Below, piece by piece: positions 27,992 to 36,785 of a DNA stretch of 64,000 nt. Source of the stretch: Candidatus Hydrogenedentota bacterium (GTDB taxonomy: Bacteria; Hydrogenedentota; Hydrogenedentia; Hydrogenedentales; SLHB01); contig BTVY01000019.1 of assembly GCA_045863335.1 (NCBI GenBank), positions 32,001-96,000 of the forward strand. The letters are read 5' to 3'. The translations under genes were made by a program, and so were the position numbers. Position 1 is the first letter of the stretch. Each line of letters begins with the position of its first letter. The notes under the pieces are model-generated. The model did no database searches and was not told where the DNA came from. It saw only the letters and a program-made list of their open reading frames with translations.

Positions 27992-29479
27992 ATGAATTAC
28001 CCGTTCTGGGACGTGCCGGTTATTGGCAGCGGCTGGGTGATCGGCGGCATTGCGATCGTCCACATTCTCATCAGCCATTTTGCGGTGGGCGGCGGTTTGT
28101 ATTTGCCCATGGCGGAACGGAAAGCGCTGCGGGAAGGGCGCACCGAATGGATGCCCGTGTTGAAACGGCATTCGCGGTTCTTTCTGATCCTCACCGGCGT
28201 GTTCGGCGCGGCGACGGGCGTGGGAATCTGGTTTGCCATCGGTTTGGCCAATCCGGAAGGCACGAGCACGCTCATTCACAACTTCGTCTTCGGATGGGCG
28301 ATCGAATGGACCTTTTTCTTCGTGGAGTTGTCCTCGGCGGCGGTCTATTACTACACGTGGGGGCGCATTCCCGACAAGCTCCACCTCAAAGTCGGTTGGG
28401 TCTATGCGTTCTTCTCCTTCCTTACGCTCGTTATCATTAACGGAATTCTGACCTTCATGCTGACGCCGGGCCAGAGCTGGCTCGAAGTCGCGGGCACCGG
28501 AAACGAAGCGACGCGTTTCTGGCAGGCCTTCTTCAATCCGACGTACTGGCCGAGTCTCGGCATTCGCACCCTGGTCTGCATCTCGCTGGCGGGCGTGTGG
28601 GCGCTGGTCACGGCGAGCCGCATCGATGGATTCGAGAATCCCGCGCTGAAGACGTCCTTCGTCCGTTGGTCGGCGAAGTGGCTCATCCCCGCCTTCATTC
28701 TGTTGCCGGTATTCTTCCTGTGGTTCCTTCACATGGTGCCCTTCGAGCAGCGCGGGTTAATCAAGCTCGGCATTGCGACCATTGGACAAGGCGTGTTCAC
28801 GCAGGTGACGCGGGCCGCCTTGGTGACCATGATGACGTCCGCAACCATCGCGATGATCGTGTACTTCCTCGCGTTCCGCAACCCGCGCGACTTTACCTTC
28901 GGTCATGCGGTCGCCGTGTTGTTTCTCGCGCTGGCCGCGACGGCCTCGACGGAGCAGGCGCGCGAAATGCTGCGTAAACCCTACGTCGTCGTGAACCACA
29001 TTTACTCCAACGGCGTTCGCGCGAAAACGGAGGTAACGAAGTTCAATGAGGAGGGCTACCTCACGCGCAGCATCTGGGCCACGGAAGAGCAGAAGGCGGA
29101 GTGGGCACGACTCGACGCGGCCACGCCTGTGCCGGGTACCGTGGTACCCGCCGCGGAAGCCCCGCAACCCGAACGGGTGCCGCAACTGGATCGCGGCAAG
29201 CTCATGCTGCGGGGACAGTGCATGGCCTGCCATACGGTCGACGGCTACCGATCCTTGCGCAAACTGCTTGCCGAGCGGGACCGGGAATCGATCACCAATG
29301 TGCTCACCATGCTGCACGAGTACAAAGACGACTCGCCATACCGCGCGTACATGCCGCCCCTCGTCGGCAGCGACGGCGAGATCGCGGCCTTGGCGGATTA
29401 CCTCGATCACCTCGTGCAGACGGCCAAGCCCGAGCACAAGGAAGACGCGGAGATCACCGTCGCGACCGCCGATGAGTAG
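27992..29479 (+). CDS. Cytochrome bd subunit I-like protein fused to a C-terminal cytochrome c
   Basis: VHILISHFAVGGG, WAIEWTFFFVE, EQAREMLRKPY; CMACH heme c motif with distal MPP. Confidence 0.8.
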   Translation: MNYPFWDVPVIGSGWVIGGIAIVHILISHFAVGGGLYLPMAERKALREGRTEWMPVLKRHSRFFLILTGVFGAATGVGIWFAIGLANPEGTSTLIHNFVFGWAIEWTFFFVELSSAAVYYYTWGRIPDKLHLKVGWVYAFFSFLTLVIINGILTFMLTPGQSWLEVAGTGNEATRFWQAFFNPTYWPSLGIRTLVCISLAGVWALVTASRIDGFENPALKTSFVRWSAKWLIPAFILLPVFFLWFLHMVPFEQRGLIKLGIATIGQGVFTQVTRAALVTMMTSATIAMIVYFLAFRNPRDFTFGHAVAVLFLALAATASTEQAREMLRKPYVVVNHIYSNGVRAKTEVTKFNEEGYLTRSIWATEEQKAEWARLDAATPVPGTVVPAAEAPQPERVPQLDRGKLMLRGQCMACHTVDGYRSLRKLLAERDRESITNVLTMLHEYKDDSPYRAYMPPLVGSDGEIAALADYLDHLVQTAKPEHKEDAEITVATADE

Positions 29480-29508
29480 GCGGTAAGCGTCAATCCTGTT
29501 CTCCACAA

Positions 29509-29669
29509 GAACATCCCCCTTATCCCCCTTCAAAGGGGGAGTTTCGCGCAACGCGGAGCGTTGCGATAGTTCGGCCCGACGACATGACATCACTGCGTGC
29601 GACGCGGAGTTACAAAGGCACCGACCTGGCGCAATTCCCCCTTCGAAGGGGGATTCAAGGGGGATGTTC
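29509..29669. repeat. Inverted-repeat element (CCCCCTT...AAGGGGG family), copy 1
   Basis: GAACATCCCCCTTATCCCCCTTCAAAGGGGGAG ... TTCCCCCTTCGAAGGGGGATTCAAGGGGGATGTTC; arms match those at 58064-58230. Confidence 0.85.
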
Positions 29670-29795
29670 CTGCCTTCTCGCCGAGGTCTCCACTTGTCAT
29701 CAAGCGCGCCTTTGATCGTTCTGCAAAGCGCGTGATAGGCTTTCTGCGCCGGTCATTCCGATCGGTATCACCTTGGTGTAAGGCGAAAACACGTC

Positions 29796-30146
29796 ATGAG
29801 CAGTACGATCACGATTTATCACAATCCACGGTGCACCAAGAGCCGCGAAACATTGGCCCTGCTACGCGAAGAGGGCGTTGAACCCGAGGTGGTCGAATAT
29901 CTGAAGACGCCGCCGTCGAAGGCCCGCCTCCGGGAGTTGGCGAAGCTCCTGGGCAATGCGCATGTCTTGCTGCGGACGAAGGAGAAAGAGTACCAGGCGC
30001 TCGGTCTGTCGCCGGAAAGCACAACCGCCGCTATTGTCGACGCGATTGCCGAGCACCCGATTCTGCTGGAGCGCCCCATCGTCGTCTGTGACGGCAAGGC
30101 CGCAATCGGCCGGCCGCCGGAGTCGGTGCTGCGCATCCTTCCCTGA
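29796..30146 (+). CDS. arsC: ArsC/Spx-family arsenate reductase (glutaredoxin type)
   Basis: IYHNPRCTKSR, HPILLERPIV, IGRPPE. Confidence 0.88.
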   Translation: MSSTITIYHNPRCTKSRETLALLREEGVEPEVVEYLKTPPSKARLRELAKLLGNAHVLLRTKEKEYQALGLSPESTTAAIVDAIAEHPILLERPIVVCDGKAAIGRPPESVLRILP

Positions 30147-30185
30147 CGACAGTTTCCGCGACATCGCGACTGGAGACCAAAACGA

Positions 30186-31760
30186 ATGCCCCCTTCGAAG
30201 AAACGTCCCAAGATCACGACGCGCCCGTGGAAGGAAGAAGACATTCCCGCGCTGGTGGAATGCCAGTATGCCGCGTATAGCGACTTTCCGCACTACCGGC
30301 TCTGCAACGAGCGGCTGTTCCACTTGCAGCACACCGCGTTCCCGGAGGGCCAGTTCCTTGCGGAGGTGGACGGCCAGATCGCGGGGTACTGCGCGTCGCT
30401 GATCGTGATGCTGGACGACTCGGCGCCCTGGCATTCCTACAACGAGATTACCGGCAGCGGCACTTTCAATACCCACGACCCCGGCGGCGACACCTTGTAC
30501 GGCGCGGAGATCGCCGTACGGCCCGAGTATCGCGGGATGGGCGTCGCGGGCGCGTTGTACAAGGAACGCATCAAACTCATGAAGCGCTTCAATCTCCGTC
30601 GCATGGTGGCGGGCGGGCGCATCCCGGGCTACTGGGAGTACGCGGGGAAGATGACCGCGGAAGAGTACGTCGACAAGGTCATCGCCGGCGAACTTAAGGA
30701 TCAGGCGCTGAACGCGCACATCAAGGCAGGGTATTCCGTCAAGGGGATCCACTACGACTATCTCAGCGACGAGGCAAGCCTGAACTACGCGACCCACCTC
30801 GAGTTGATCAATCCCGACTTCAAACTAGAGCGGCGGCGCATCGCGTCGTCACCCATTACACGACCTGTGCGGCGTGTGCGCGTGTGCGCGGCGCAATACG
30901 ATCTCCGCGGCATTCGAAGTTGGGAAGATTTCGAACGGCAGGTGGATTTCTTCGTCACGACGGCGGAAGAGTATCACTGCCATTTTCTCGTGTTTCCGGA
31001 ACTGTTCACGGCGCAGCTCATCAGCACCATGGACCGCGACATGGAGCCGTTGGAGGCCGTGCGCCACCTTGCGGACTATACGGATCAATACACGGAAATG
31101 TTCGCCGCCATGTCGCAACGGTTCGGCGGGTACATCATCGGCGGATCGCATCCGGTCATGCGGGAAGGCTCGCTCCGCAACGTCTCGCACCTGTTTTCGC
31201 CGACAGGACAGATCTACACGCAGGACAAGTTGCACATTACGCCGGACGAACGGAAGTTCTGGGGCATTCAGCCCGGCGAAGGGTTGAACGTGTTCGAGAC
31301 GGAGTTCGCGCGTATCGCGATCCAGGTCTGTTACGACATCGAGTTCCCCGAGATGAGCCGGCTCCTCACCTTGTACGGCGCGGAAGTCGTCTTCGTTCCG
31401 TTCATGACCGACGAGAAGAAGGCCTACTCCCGCGTGCGGCTCTGCGCCCAGGCGCGGGCCGTGGAGAACTACATCTATACCGTCATCGCGGGCAACGTGG
31501 GGAACTTGCCGCAGGTGCGCAGCTTTCTCATCAACTACGGCCAGGCGGCCATCTTTACGCCGAGCGATTTCGCGTTCCCCCCGCATGCGACCGCGGCGGA
31601 AGCGGAACCCAACACGGAGATGGTGGTCATCACCGATCTCGATCTCGAAACCCTCGCGTTGCAGCGGGACATGGGGACCGTGCGGCCGCTGCGCGACCGG
31701 CGGCCGGACCTCTACACCCTCGTGCCGAGCCGCGCGGTCAACGTGATCCGCACTCAGTAG
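30186..31760 (+). CDS. Bifunctional GNAT acetyltransferase / carbon-nitrogen hydrolase
   Basis: GNAT part (FPEGQ, HDPGGDTLYG, YRGMGVA, GGRIPGY) plus nitrilase triad (FPELF, QDKLH, VCYDIEFPE). Confidence 0.9.
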   Translation: MPPSKKRPKITTRPWKEEDIPALVECQYAAYSDFPHYRLCNERLFHLQHTAFPEGQFLAEVDGQIAGYCASLIVMLDDSAPWHSYNEITGSGTFNTHDPGGDTLYGAEIAVRPEYRGMGVAGALYKERIKLMKRFNLRRMVAGGRIPGYWEYAGKMTAEEYVDKVIAGELKDQALNAHIKAGYSVKGIHYDYLSDEASLNYATHLELINPDFKLERRRIASSPITRPVRRVRVCAAQYDLRGIRSWEDFERQVDFFVTTAEEYHCHFLVFPELFTAQLISTMDRDMEPLEAVRHLADYTDQYTEMFAAMSQRFGGYIIGGSHPVMREGSLRNVSHLFSPTGQIYTQDKLHITPDERKFWGIQPGEGLNVFETEFARIAIQVCYDIEFPEMSRLLTLYGAEVVFVPFMTDEKKAYSRVRLCAQARAVENYIYTVIAGNVGNLPQVRSFLINYGQAAIFTPSDFAFPPHATAAEAEPNTEMVVITDLDLETLALQRDMGTVRPLRDRRPDLYTLVPSRAVNVIRTQ

Positions 31761-31768
31761 GCCGCAGC

Positions 31769-32431
31769 ATGTTTCGCAAGCACCTGTACGTCTTCGAAGA
31801 ACTGCGGCCCCGCGAAGCGGTGATCCGCGGTTACACCGAAGCCGACTTCGACGATCTCATCGATATCCAGCGCGAATGTTTCCCGCCGCCGTTTCCATCG
31901 GAATTGTGGTGGAACCAAGAGCAGCTCGGCAACCATGTGCGCCTGTTTCCCGACGGCGCCTTGTGCGTGGAGGTGGAGGGGAAGCTGGCGGGGTCCATTA
32001 CCGGACTCGTCGTGCCGTGGGAACCCGGCGACCCCGACCATGCGTGGAGCGAAATCACGGACGACGGCTACATCCGCAACCACGACCCCGACGGCAACAC
32101 CTTGTACATCGTCGATATCAGCGTGCGGCCCTCGCACCGCAAGCTCGGACTCGGCAAATGGCTCATGCTCTCCATGTACGAAGTGGTCGTCGAGAAAAGG
32201 CTGACCCGCCTTCTCGGAGGCGCGCGCATGCCGGGCTACCACAGAGTCGCGGACAAGCTGACTCCCGAGGGGTACTTGGACAAGGTCCTGGCCGGGGACA
32301 TCAGCGACCCCATCGTCACGTTCTTGTTGCGCTGCGGCCGTGTGCCCGTACGCGTCGTGCCCAACTATCTCGACGACGAGGAATCCGGAAACAACGCCGT
32401 GCTCATGGAATGGCGCAACCCTTGGCGGTGA
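31769..32431 (+). CDS. YkwB-like GNAT acetyltransferase
   Basis: C-terminal part of the 30884 ORF, starting MFRKHLY; CFPPPFPSELWW, HDPDGNTLY, HRKLGLG, GARMPGY, MEWRNP. Confidence 0.85.
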   Translation: MFRKHLYVFEELRPREAVIRGYTEADFDDLIDIQRECFPPPFPSELWWNQEQLGNHVRLFPDGALCVEVEGKLAGSITGLVVPWEPGDPDHAWSEITDDGYIRNHDPDGNTLYIVDISVRPSHRKLGLGKWLMLSMYEVVVEKRLTRLLGGARMPGYHRVADKLTPEGYLDKVLAGDISDPIVTFLLRCGRVPVRVVPNYLDDEESGNNAVLMEWRNPWR

Positions 32432-32435
32432 AATG

Positions 32436-32592
32436 GAAAATTCGAAGCACGAAATCCGAAACAAATTCGAATGTCCAAAATTCAAAACATCCGAAACCTT
32501 GATGAACTGCGGCTGACAAAACCGCTGGCGCGACGCTCACGTCCGTGCGCTGGTCAAGGCTCAATCGGTGCCATCGGTGAAATCGGTGGATC
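32436..32592. repeat. Intergenic short degenerate tandem repeats
   Basis: AAATTCGAA/AAATCCGAA-like units at 32436-32500 and three ATCGGTG units at 32564-32590. Confidence 0.55.
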
Positions 32593-32620
32593 GCTTCTTT
32601 TAACCTGAGGAGATTCCGGC

Positions 32621-33292
32621 TTGAACTTCGTTCGCATCACCCGCATCGATGACCCGCTCTTTGGCAAGATGCATGCCCTCATGCAGGAGGTCTTCCCGCC
32701 CGAGGAAGTGCTGGAGTTCTCCGCTTGGGAAGGGCCTTTGCAGGATGACGGCCTGCGCGTGTGCGTCGCCGTCCACGACGGTGAAGTCGTCGGCGCGACG
32801 GAGTACCGCTACTACCCCGACCTGAACGTGGCTATGACTGACTTCACCATCGTCGGACGCCCCGGACTCGGCATCGGCCGATTCCTCTACCTCGAACGCC
32901 AGCGCGACCTCGACGCGTGGGCCAAGCGCCACGGCCAGACCCCCCTCGGCATGTTCGCGGAGATCTACGACCCCTACCGCGTCGAAGGGCACGCCTTCGG
33001 CGGCATCAAACCCATGGACCCCTTCGTCCGCCGCGAAGTCCTGTCTCACCTCGGCTACCGCCGCCTCGACTTCCCGTACATCCACCCGTCCTGGAAGAAC
33101 AACGGCGAACCCGTCACCGAACTCGACCTCTGCTTCCTCCCCACCGACGACAGCCGCGAATCAATCCCCGCCGCGTTGATCGCCGAGTTCCTGACCACCT
33201 ACTACGACATCCTCCCCAACAAGCCCGGGGAATGGCGGGCCATGGTCGACGCCCTGCGAACCCGGGAAACGGTCGCGCTCTTGCCGTTGTAA
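32621..33292 (+). CDS. GNAT-fold protein of unknown function
   Basis: TTG start with GAGGAG RBS; FPPEE, GLGIGR, FAEIYDP, RREVLSHLGYRRLDFPYIHP. Confidence 0.75.
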   Translation: MNFVRITRIDDPLFGKMHALMQEVFPPEEVLEFSAWEGPLQDDGLRVCVAVHDGEVVGATEYRYYPDLNVAMTDFTIVGRPGLGIGRFLYLERQRDLDAWAKRHGQTPLGMFAEIYDPYRVEGHAFGGIKPMDPFVRREVLSHLGYRRLDFPYIHPSWKNNGEPVTELDLCFLPTDDSRESIPAALIAEFLTTYYDILPNKPGEWRAMVDALRTRETVALLPL

Positions 33293-33376
33293 ACGAGCTT
33301 TCTCCCCCGCCGTTTTTTTCGCGAAGGATTTCGGGCGCGAACTGCAATACTATGTAGAAAACAGCGGGGGGGCCGA

Positions 33377-33958
33377 GTGGAAGACGGCGACGCCAGCCAG
33401 AGACGGTATGACCGGAAGCTCGCGAAGGCGCTGCGAAAAGGGAGCGTCCGCGCTTGGCGGGAGTTCTATGCCTTGTACGCAACCCCGGTGTTCCGGTTCG
33501 TGCTTTCCCGGTCCCATGGGAACGCGGAAACGGCAAGGGACCTGGCCCGTGAAGCGCTGGTGATCGGGGTGGAGCGCATCGGCGACTTCGACTGGAGGAA
33601 AGGCGACATGTGGGCCTGGTTGTGCGGAATCGCGATGAACAAACTGCGCGAAACGGCACGGTCGAAGACCCGCGACGGCCGCATCGCTGAGGGCATGGGC
33701 GATCGCGCGGCGAACCGCACCATGGACGCCTCGACGGAAAGCGCTTTGGATGTCGAGTACGTTCTTTCTACGCTTCGGCCCGATTGGCAGGAGGTGCTTG
33801 AACAGAAGTACGTCCTTGGCAGGAGCGTGCGTGAGATTGCCGAAACGCTGGAGACGTCAGAAAAGGCCGTCGAATCCCGCCTGACCCGCGCGCGCGACGC
33901 TTTCCGAGCGGCCTACAGCGCCTCATCGGGAGCGTCGAAAGGTGACGACCATGGATGA
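33377..33958 (+). CDS. ECF RNA polymerase sigma factor
   Basis: Region 2 (WAWLCGIAMNK) and region 4 (SVREIAETLETSEKAVESRLTRAR). Confidence 0.9.
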   Translation: MEDGDASQRRYDRKLAKALRKGSVRAWREFYALYATPVFRFVLSRSHGNAETARDLAREALVIGVERIGDFDWRKGDMWAWLCGIAMNKLRETARSKTRDGRIAEGMGDRAANRTMDASTESALDVEYVLSTLRPDWQEVLEQKYVLGRSVREIAETLETSEKAVESRLTRARDAFRAAYSASSGASKGDDHG

Positions 33959-36563
33959 TCTGCAAGACCTATTGCAGGGCACGAAACGTCCGCCTATTAG
34001 AGACCTGAATCGGGACTACCTGGACGCTGAAGTCAGGCCTCTGCTGAGATCCCGCCGGGCCCATACGCTGAGGCGCCGGGTCGTGTTCACCGTGGGTGTC
34101 GTCATCCTTTTGCCCGTGGGCGGCTTCTTCAGTCCTCTCTTCCTGGAGCGGCTGCCGCAGCCGGTTCTTGTCAAGACAGCCCAACTGCGAAACGAACTGC
34201 CACGGTTGCCAATCCCACCGATGGAGCTTGAGACGATACCGTGGCCGTTTGATAAGCAGGTAGAGGATGCCGACGTATTTGTACAGGGACGCATCGAATC
34301 ACTCGACTTCGTCCAGGAAGACTTGGCGAAAAAGGTGGTAGCCCTTTGTCCGCCGTCAGAACACATCCGGACGACGGTGCGACTGCGGGTTACGAAAAGT
34401 TATCCGGAGATCGATGCCGAAACCGTTACGTTTCATACCCAAGTGTCCGTCGAGGGCCTGGATAATCTCTACATGGGCGGCGATTGCATCGTGCCGCTTG
34501 CCATCCGGGATGGGGAGTATTTTCAACCTTCTCGGGCGCACCTATTTCGCATCAATCCTGAAACCGGTCGCATCCCAGGGATAATGGACTACGGGCGAAA
34601 CCTCACGGTAGATGAGGCATGGAAGATTATCCGCGACGTGTATGATGCAGTTCATAAGTACAACCAAGTGTCCGAAGAGACCATCGCCAAGTGGAAAGAA
34701 CAACTCCACATTGGTACAGCAGCGCAGTGTATCAGCGCGATGACTTATTTGCAGACCTTGCCTTACCTTGAACTGTCGTCCGTCGAGTTGACGAGTGCGA
34801 TCGAGCGCCTGTATCCCGGCGAGGCAGAAATATCCGTGGAGGAGGAGTCGCAATATTTGCACATGGTCCAGGCTGCTCTGGAATCGCTTATTCCGATTGC
34901 AGATTCGGAGAGTGTGGAGGCGTTGTTCAAGTTCTACGTGCGAGACCGCGATCGGCAGAGTCCAGTGTTCGATCGGCGAGGCCCGTTGGAAGATCGGTTC
35001 ATCGAATTGTTCCTCCGTGTGCCGGATGCGGGGCGGCGTGAACGCATTATCAAGTTGCTCGGCGAGACGGGCGAAATCGTTGACGGGCTGAACTCCTGGC
35101 AGCACGAGTACGTGAGCGATGAGCACGCGCTCTTTGATGTCATGGCCAAAACGCCGGGAGAAGATATCGACGCGTTGTTCCTGGAGATCATGAACGACCC
35201 CTCGGCGTTTGGAGTTGATGGCATCTATGATCTGGGAAACCTCTGGATCGCCATGGGACGACGCGGCATGGCGGACCTGCGGCCGGCGCTTGAAGACGCG
35301 TTGGCGGAACCCGGCGAGATAGCCCGCGGGTTCGCCAACCCGCCGGAGCCAAGTCACGTCGTAGATGCGGCGAATCGTGCGATGGGAGAACTAAATCGCA
35401 ATCTGCCGAGCACCGAAAGTGATTTCGAACTTCTCCTCGCGTCATACGACGCGGGCGACACCGAATTGATCCACGAGATCCGCAGACGCTTCCCTAAGGA
35501 TGGGCGTCCTTACAGCTACTGGCTGAAGACAGCGCCCGTTCGCGATGTTGCCGATCTCATTGCGCATAGCGCGCCGGACCCCTCCTTTATCCCACTGCTT
35601 ACGGCTGCATTGGACGAGCCGGTGAACCCGCCGCTCAATCTAAAGGGCACGCCGGCTTACTGGCAGGACTACAGTGAACGGGCGGCGATGCTGTTCGCGC
35701 TCTACCAGTGTGGCGCACGCGAAGATGCCGTGAAACGAGTCAGCGCATTGCTGGAGTCATTTCCGGCAGATGGTGAACCGGGCAAAAGTGACGAGCAGTG
35801 GCACTGGAACTTCGCGCAGTTCCGTTGGAGAGTAGAACTGCTCAAATTGGCCGCGTATTTCGGTGACGAAGCGGCCTATCCCGTGGTCGCGTCGTATCTC
35901 GACGAGGAATCATTGGGATTGTATTATGGCATGCCGCCGACCTCCGGGGAGTTTGAAGGTGCGAGCAACAATGCCACCCGCCTTCACGCCGCCGCAATCG
36001 TTGCCGCTGCCAGAACGGGCAAGGAACAGGCCATCCCCCTCTTGCAGAAGCAGTTTGACGGTGAACGAAAGCGTGTCGCGGTTGTTGCGGCCATGGCGTT
36101 GTTATATCTCGGCGATCACCGGGGCGAAGAGACGCTGATCGCCTGGGCGAATGGGGAAGGAGGCTTCCGAATGCCCCGTGTCTCCGTCACCGGCGAGTGG
36201 GAGGATTGGCCGCGCACGGTGTCTATGGAATCCCTCCTGCGCTCACCGGAAATTGACGCCTTCTACTTGGATGCGTTGCGGAGTGGAAAGCACCAGTTCG
36301 GACCGCAACTGATTGTGAAGAGTGGAATCGCGGAGGAGCGAAGGTCCGAAGTCCTACCGATTCTCGTCGATCTCCTGTCGAACCGCGATCAACTTCTCCG
36401 TGGTGATGCGAACGAAGCGCTCCGGCGGCTGACTGGCCAGGACTTCGGATACAACGGCCGAGAGGTCGTTACGCACCAGCAAGACGCCATTGCCAAATGG
36501 CGGGCGTACGTCGACGATCTGGTTGGCGGGCCATTCGAGGATGTGACATCGCCGGCTTCCTGA
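33942..36563 (+). CDS. Putative anti-sigma/membrane-anchored protein with HEAT-like C-terminal repeats
   Basis: Overlaps the sigma factor stop; short cytoplasmic N-terminus, one TM, C-terminal ANEALRRLTGQDFGY; start 33942 or 33951. Confidence 0.6.
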   Translation: MTTMDDLQDLLQGTKRPPIRDLNRDYLDAEVRPLLRSRRAHTLRRRVVFTVGVVILLPVGGFFSPLFLERLPQPVLVKTAQLRNELPRLPIPPMELETIPWPFDKQVEDADVFVQGRIESLDFVQEDLAKKVVALCPPSEHIRTTVRLRVTKSYPEIDAETVTFHTQVSVEGLDNLYMGGDCIVPLAIRDGEYFQPSRAHLFRINPETGRIPGIMDYGRNLTVDEAWKIIRDVYDAVHKYNQVSEETIAKWKEQLHIGTAAQCISAMTYLQTLPYLELSSVELTSAIERLYPGEAEISVEEESQYLHMVQAALESLIPIADSESVEALFKFYVRDRDRQSPVFDRRGPLEDRFIELFLRVPDAGRRERIIKLLGETGEIVDGLNSWQHEYVSDEHALFDVMAKTPGEDIDALFLEIMNDPSAFGVDGIYDLGNLWIAMGRRGMADLRPALEDALAEPGEIARGFANPPEPSHVVDAANRAMGELNRNLPSTESDFELLLASYDAGDTELIHEIRRRFPKDGRPYSYWLKTAPVRDVADLIAHSAPDPSFIPLLTAALDEPVNPPLNLKGTPAYWQDYSERAAMLFALYQCGAREDAVKRVSALLESFPADGEPGKSDEQWHWNFAQFRWRVELLKLAAYFGDEAAYPVVASYLDEESLGLYYGMPPTSGEFEGASNNATRLHAAAIVAAARTGKEQAIPLLQKQFDGERKRVAVVAAMALLYLGDHRGEETLIAWANGEGGFRMPRVSVTGEWEDWPRTVSMESLLRSPEIDAFYLDALRSGKHQFGPQLIVKSGIAEERRSEVLPILVDLLSNRDQLLRGDANEALRRLTGQDFGYNGREVVTHQQDAIAKWRAYVDDLVGGPFEDVTSPAS

Positions 36564-36607
36564 CCACCGACTACGCTTTGCCCTCGACCTCGCCCTAGCG
36601 GCGCGTG

Positions 36608-36769
36608 TGGAGTGCGGCCACGCCACGGCGTGGCTGCTTTCATGAAGCGGGCTTGCGGCGGCTTTACGGCAGGCAGGTGTGCAGGTTTAGACCGAATTGG
36701 CGTCGCGGCAACTTCTTAGGTGGATGAGAAAGGTCTTGAAACAAAGCAGTCCCAAGGGACCGCAGTCCA
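36608..36769. repeat. REP/REPIN-like inverted doublet between convergent genes
   Basis: TGGAGTGCGG...CTGCTTT (36608-36640) inverted to AAAGCAG...CCGCAGTCCA (36743-36769); each arm has an internal hairpin. Confidence 0.6.
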
Positions 36770-36785
36770 TAGGACGCGTTGCTTG

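Noticed and set aside
29796-30146. Arsenic resistance operon
   Set aside because: No arsR, arsB or acr3 nearby; a lone ArsC-family gene does not establish arsenic resistance
30884-31768. Long N-terminal extension of the 515-aa ORF (likewise 55074-56102 and 60259-60429) as overlapping genes or frameshift fusions
   Set aside because: These are off-frame open stretches typical of high-GC DNA; each downstream gene has its own start and the upstream genes end normally
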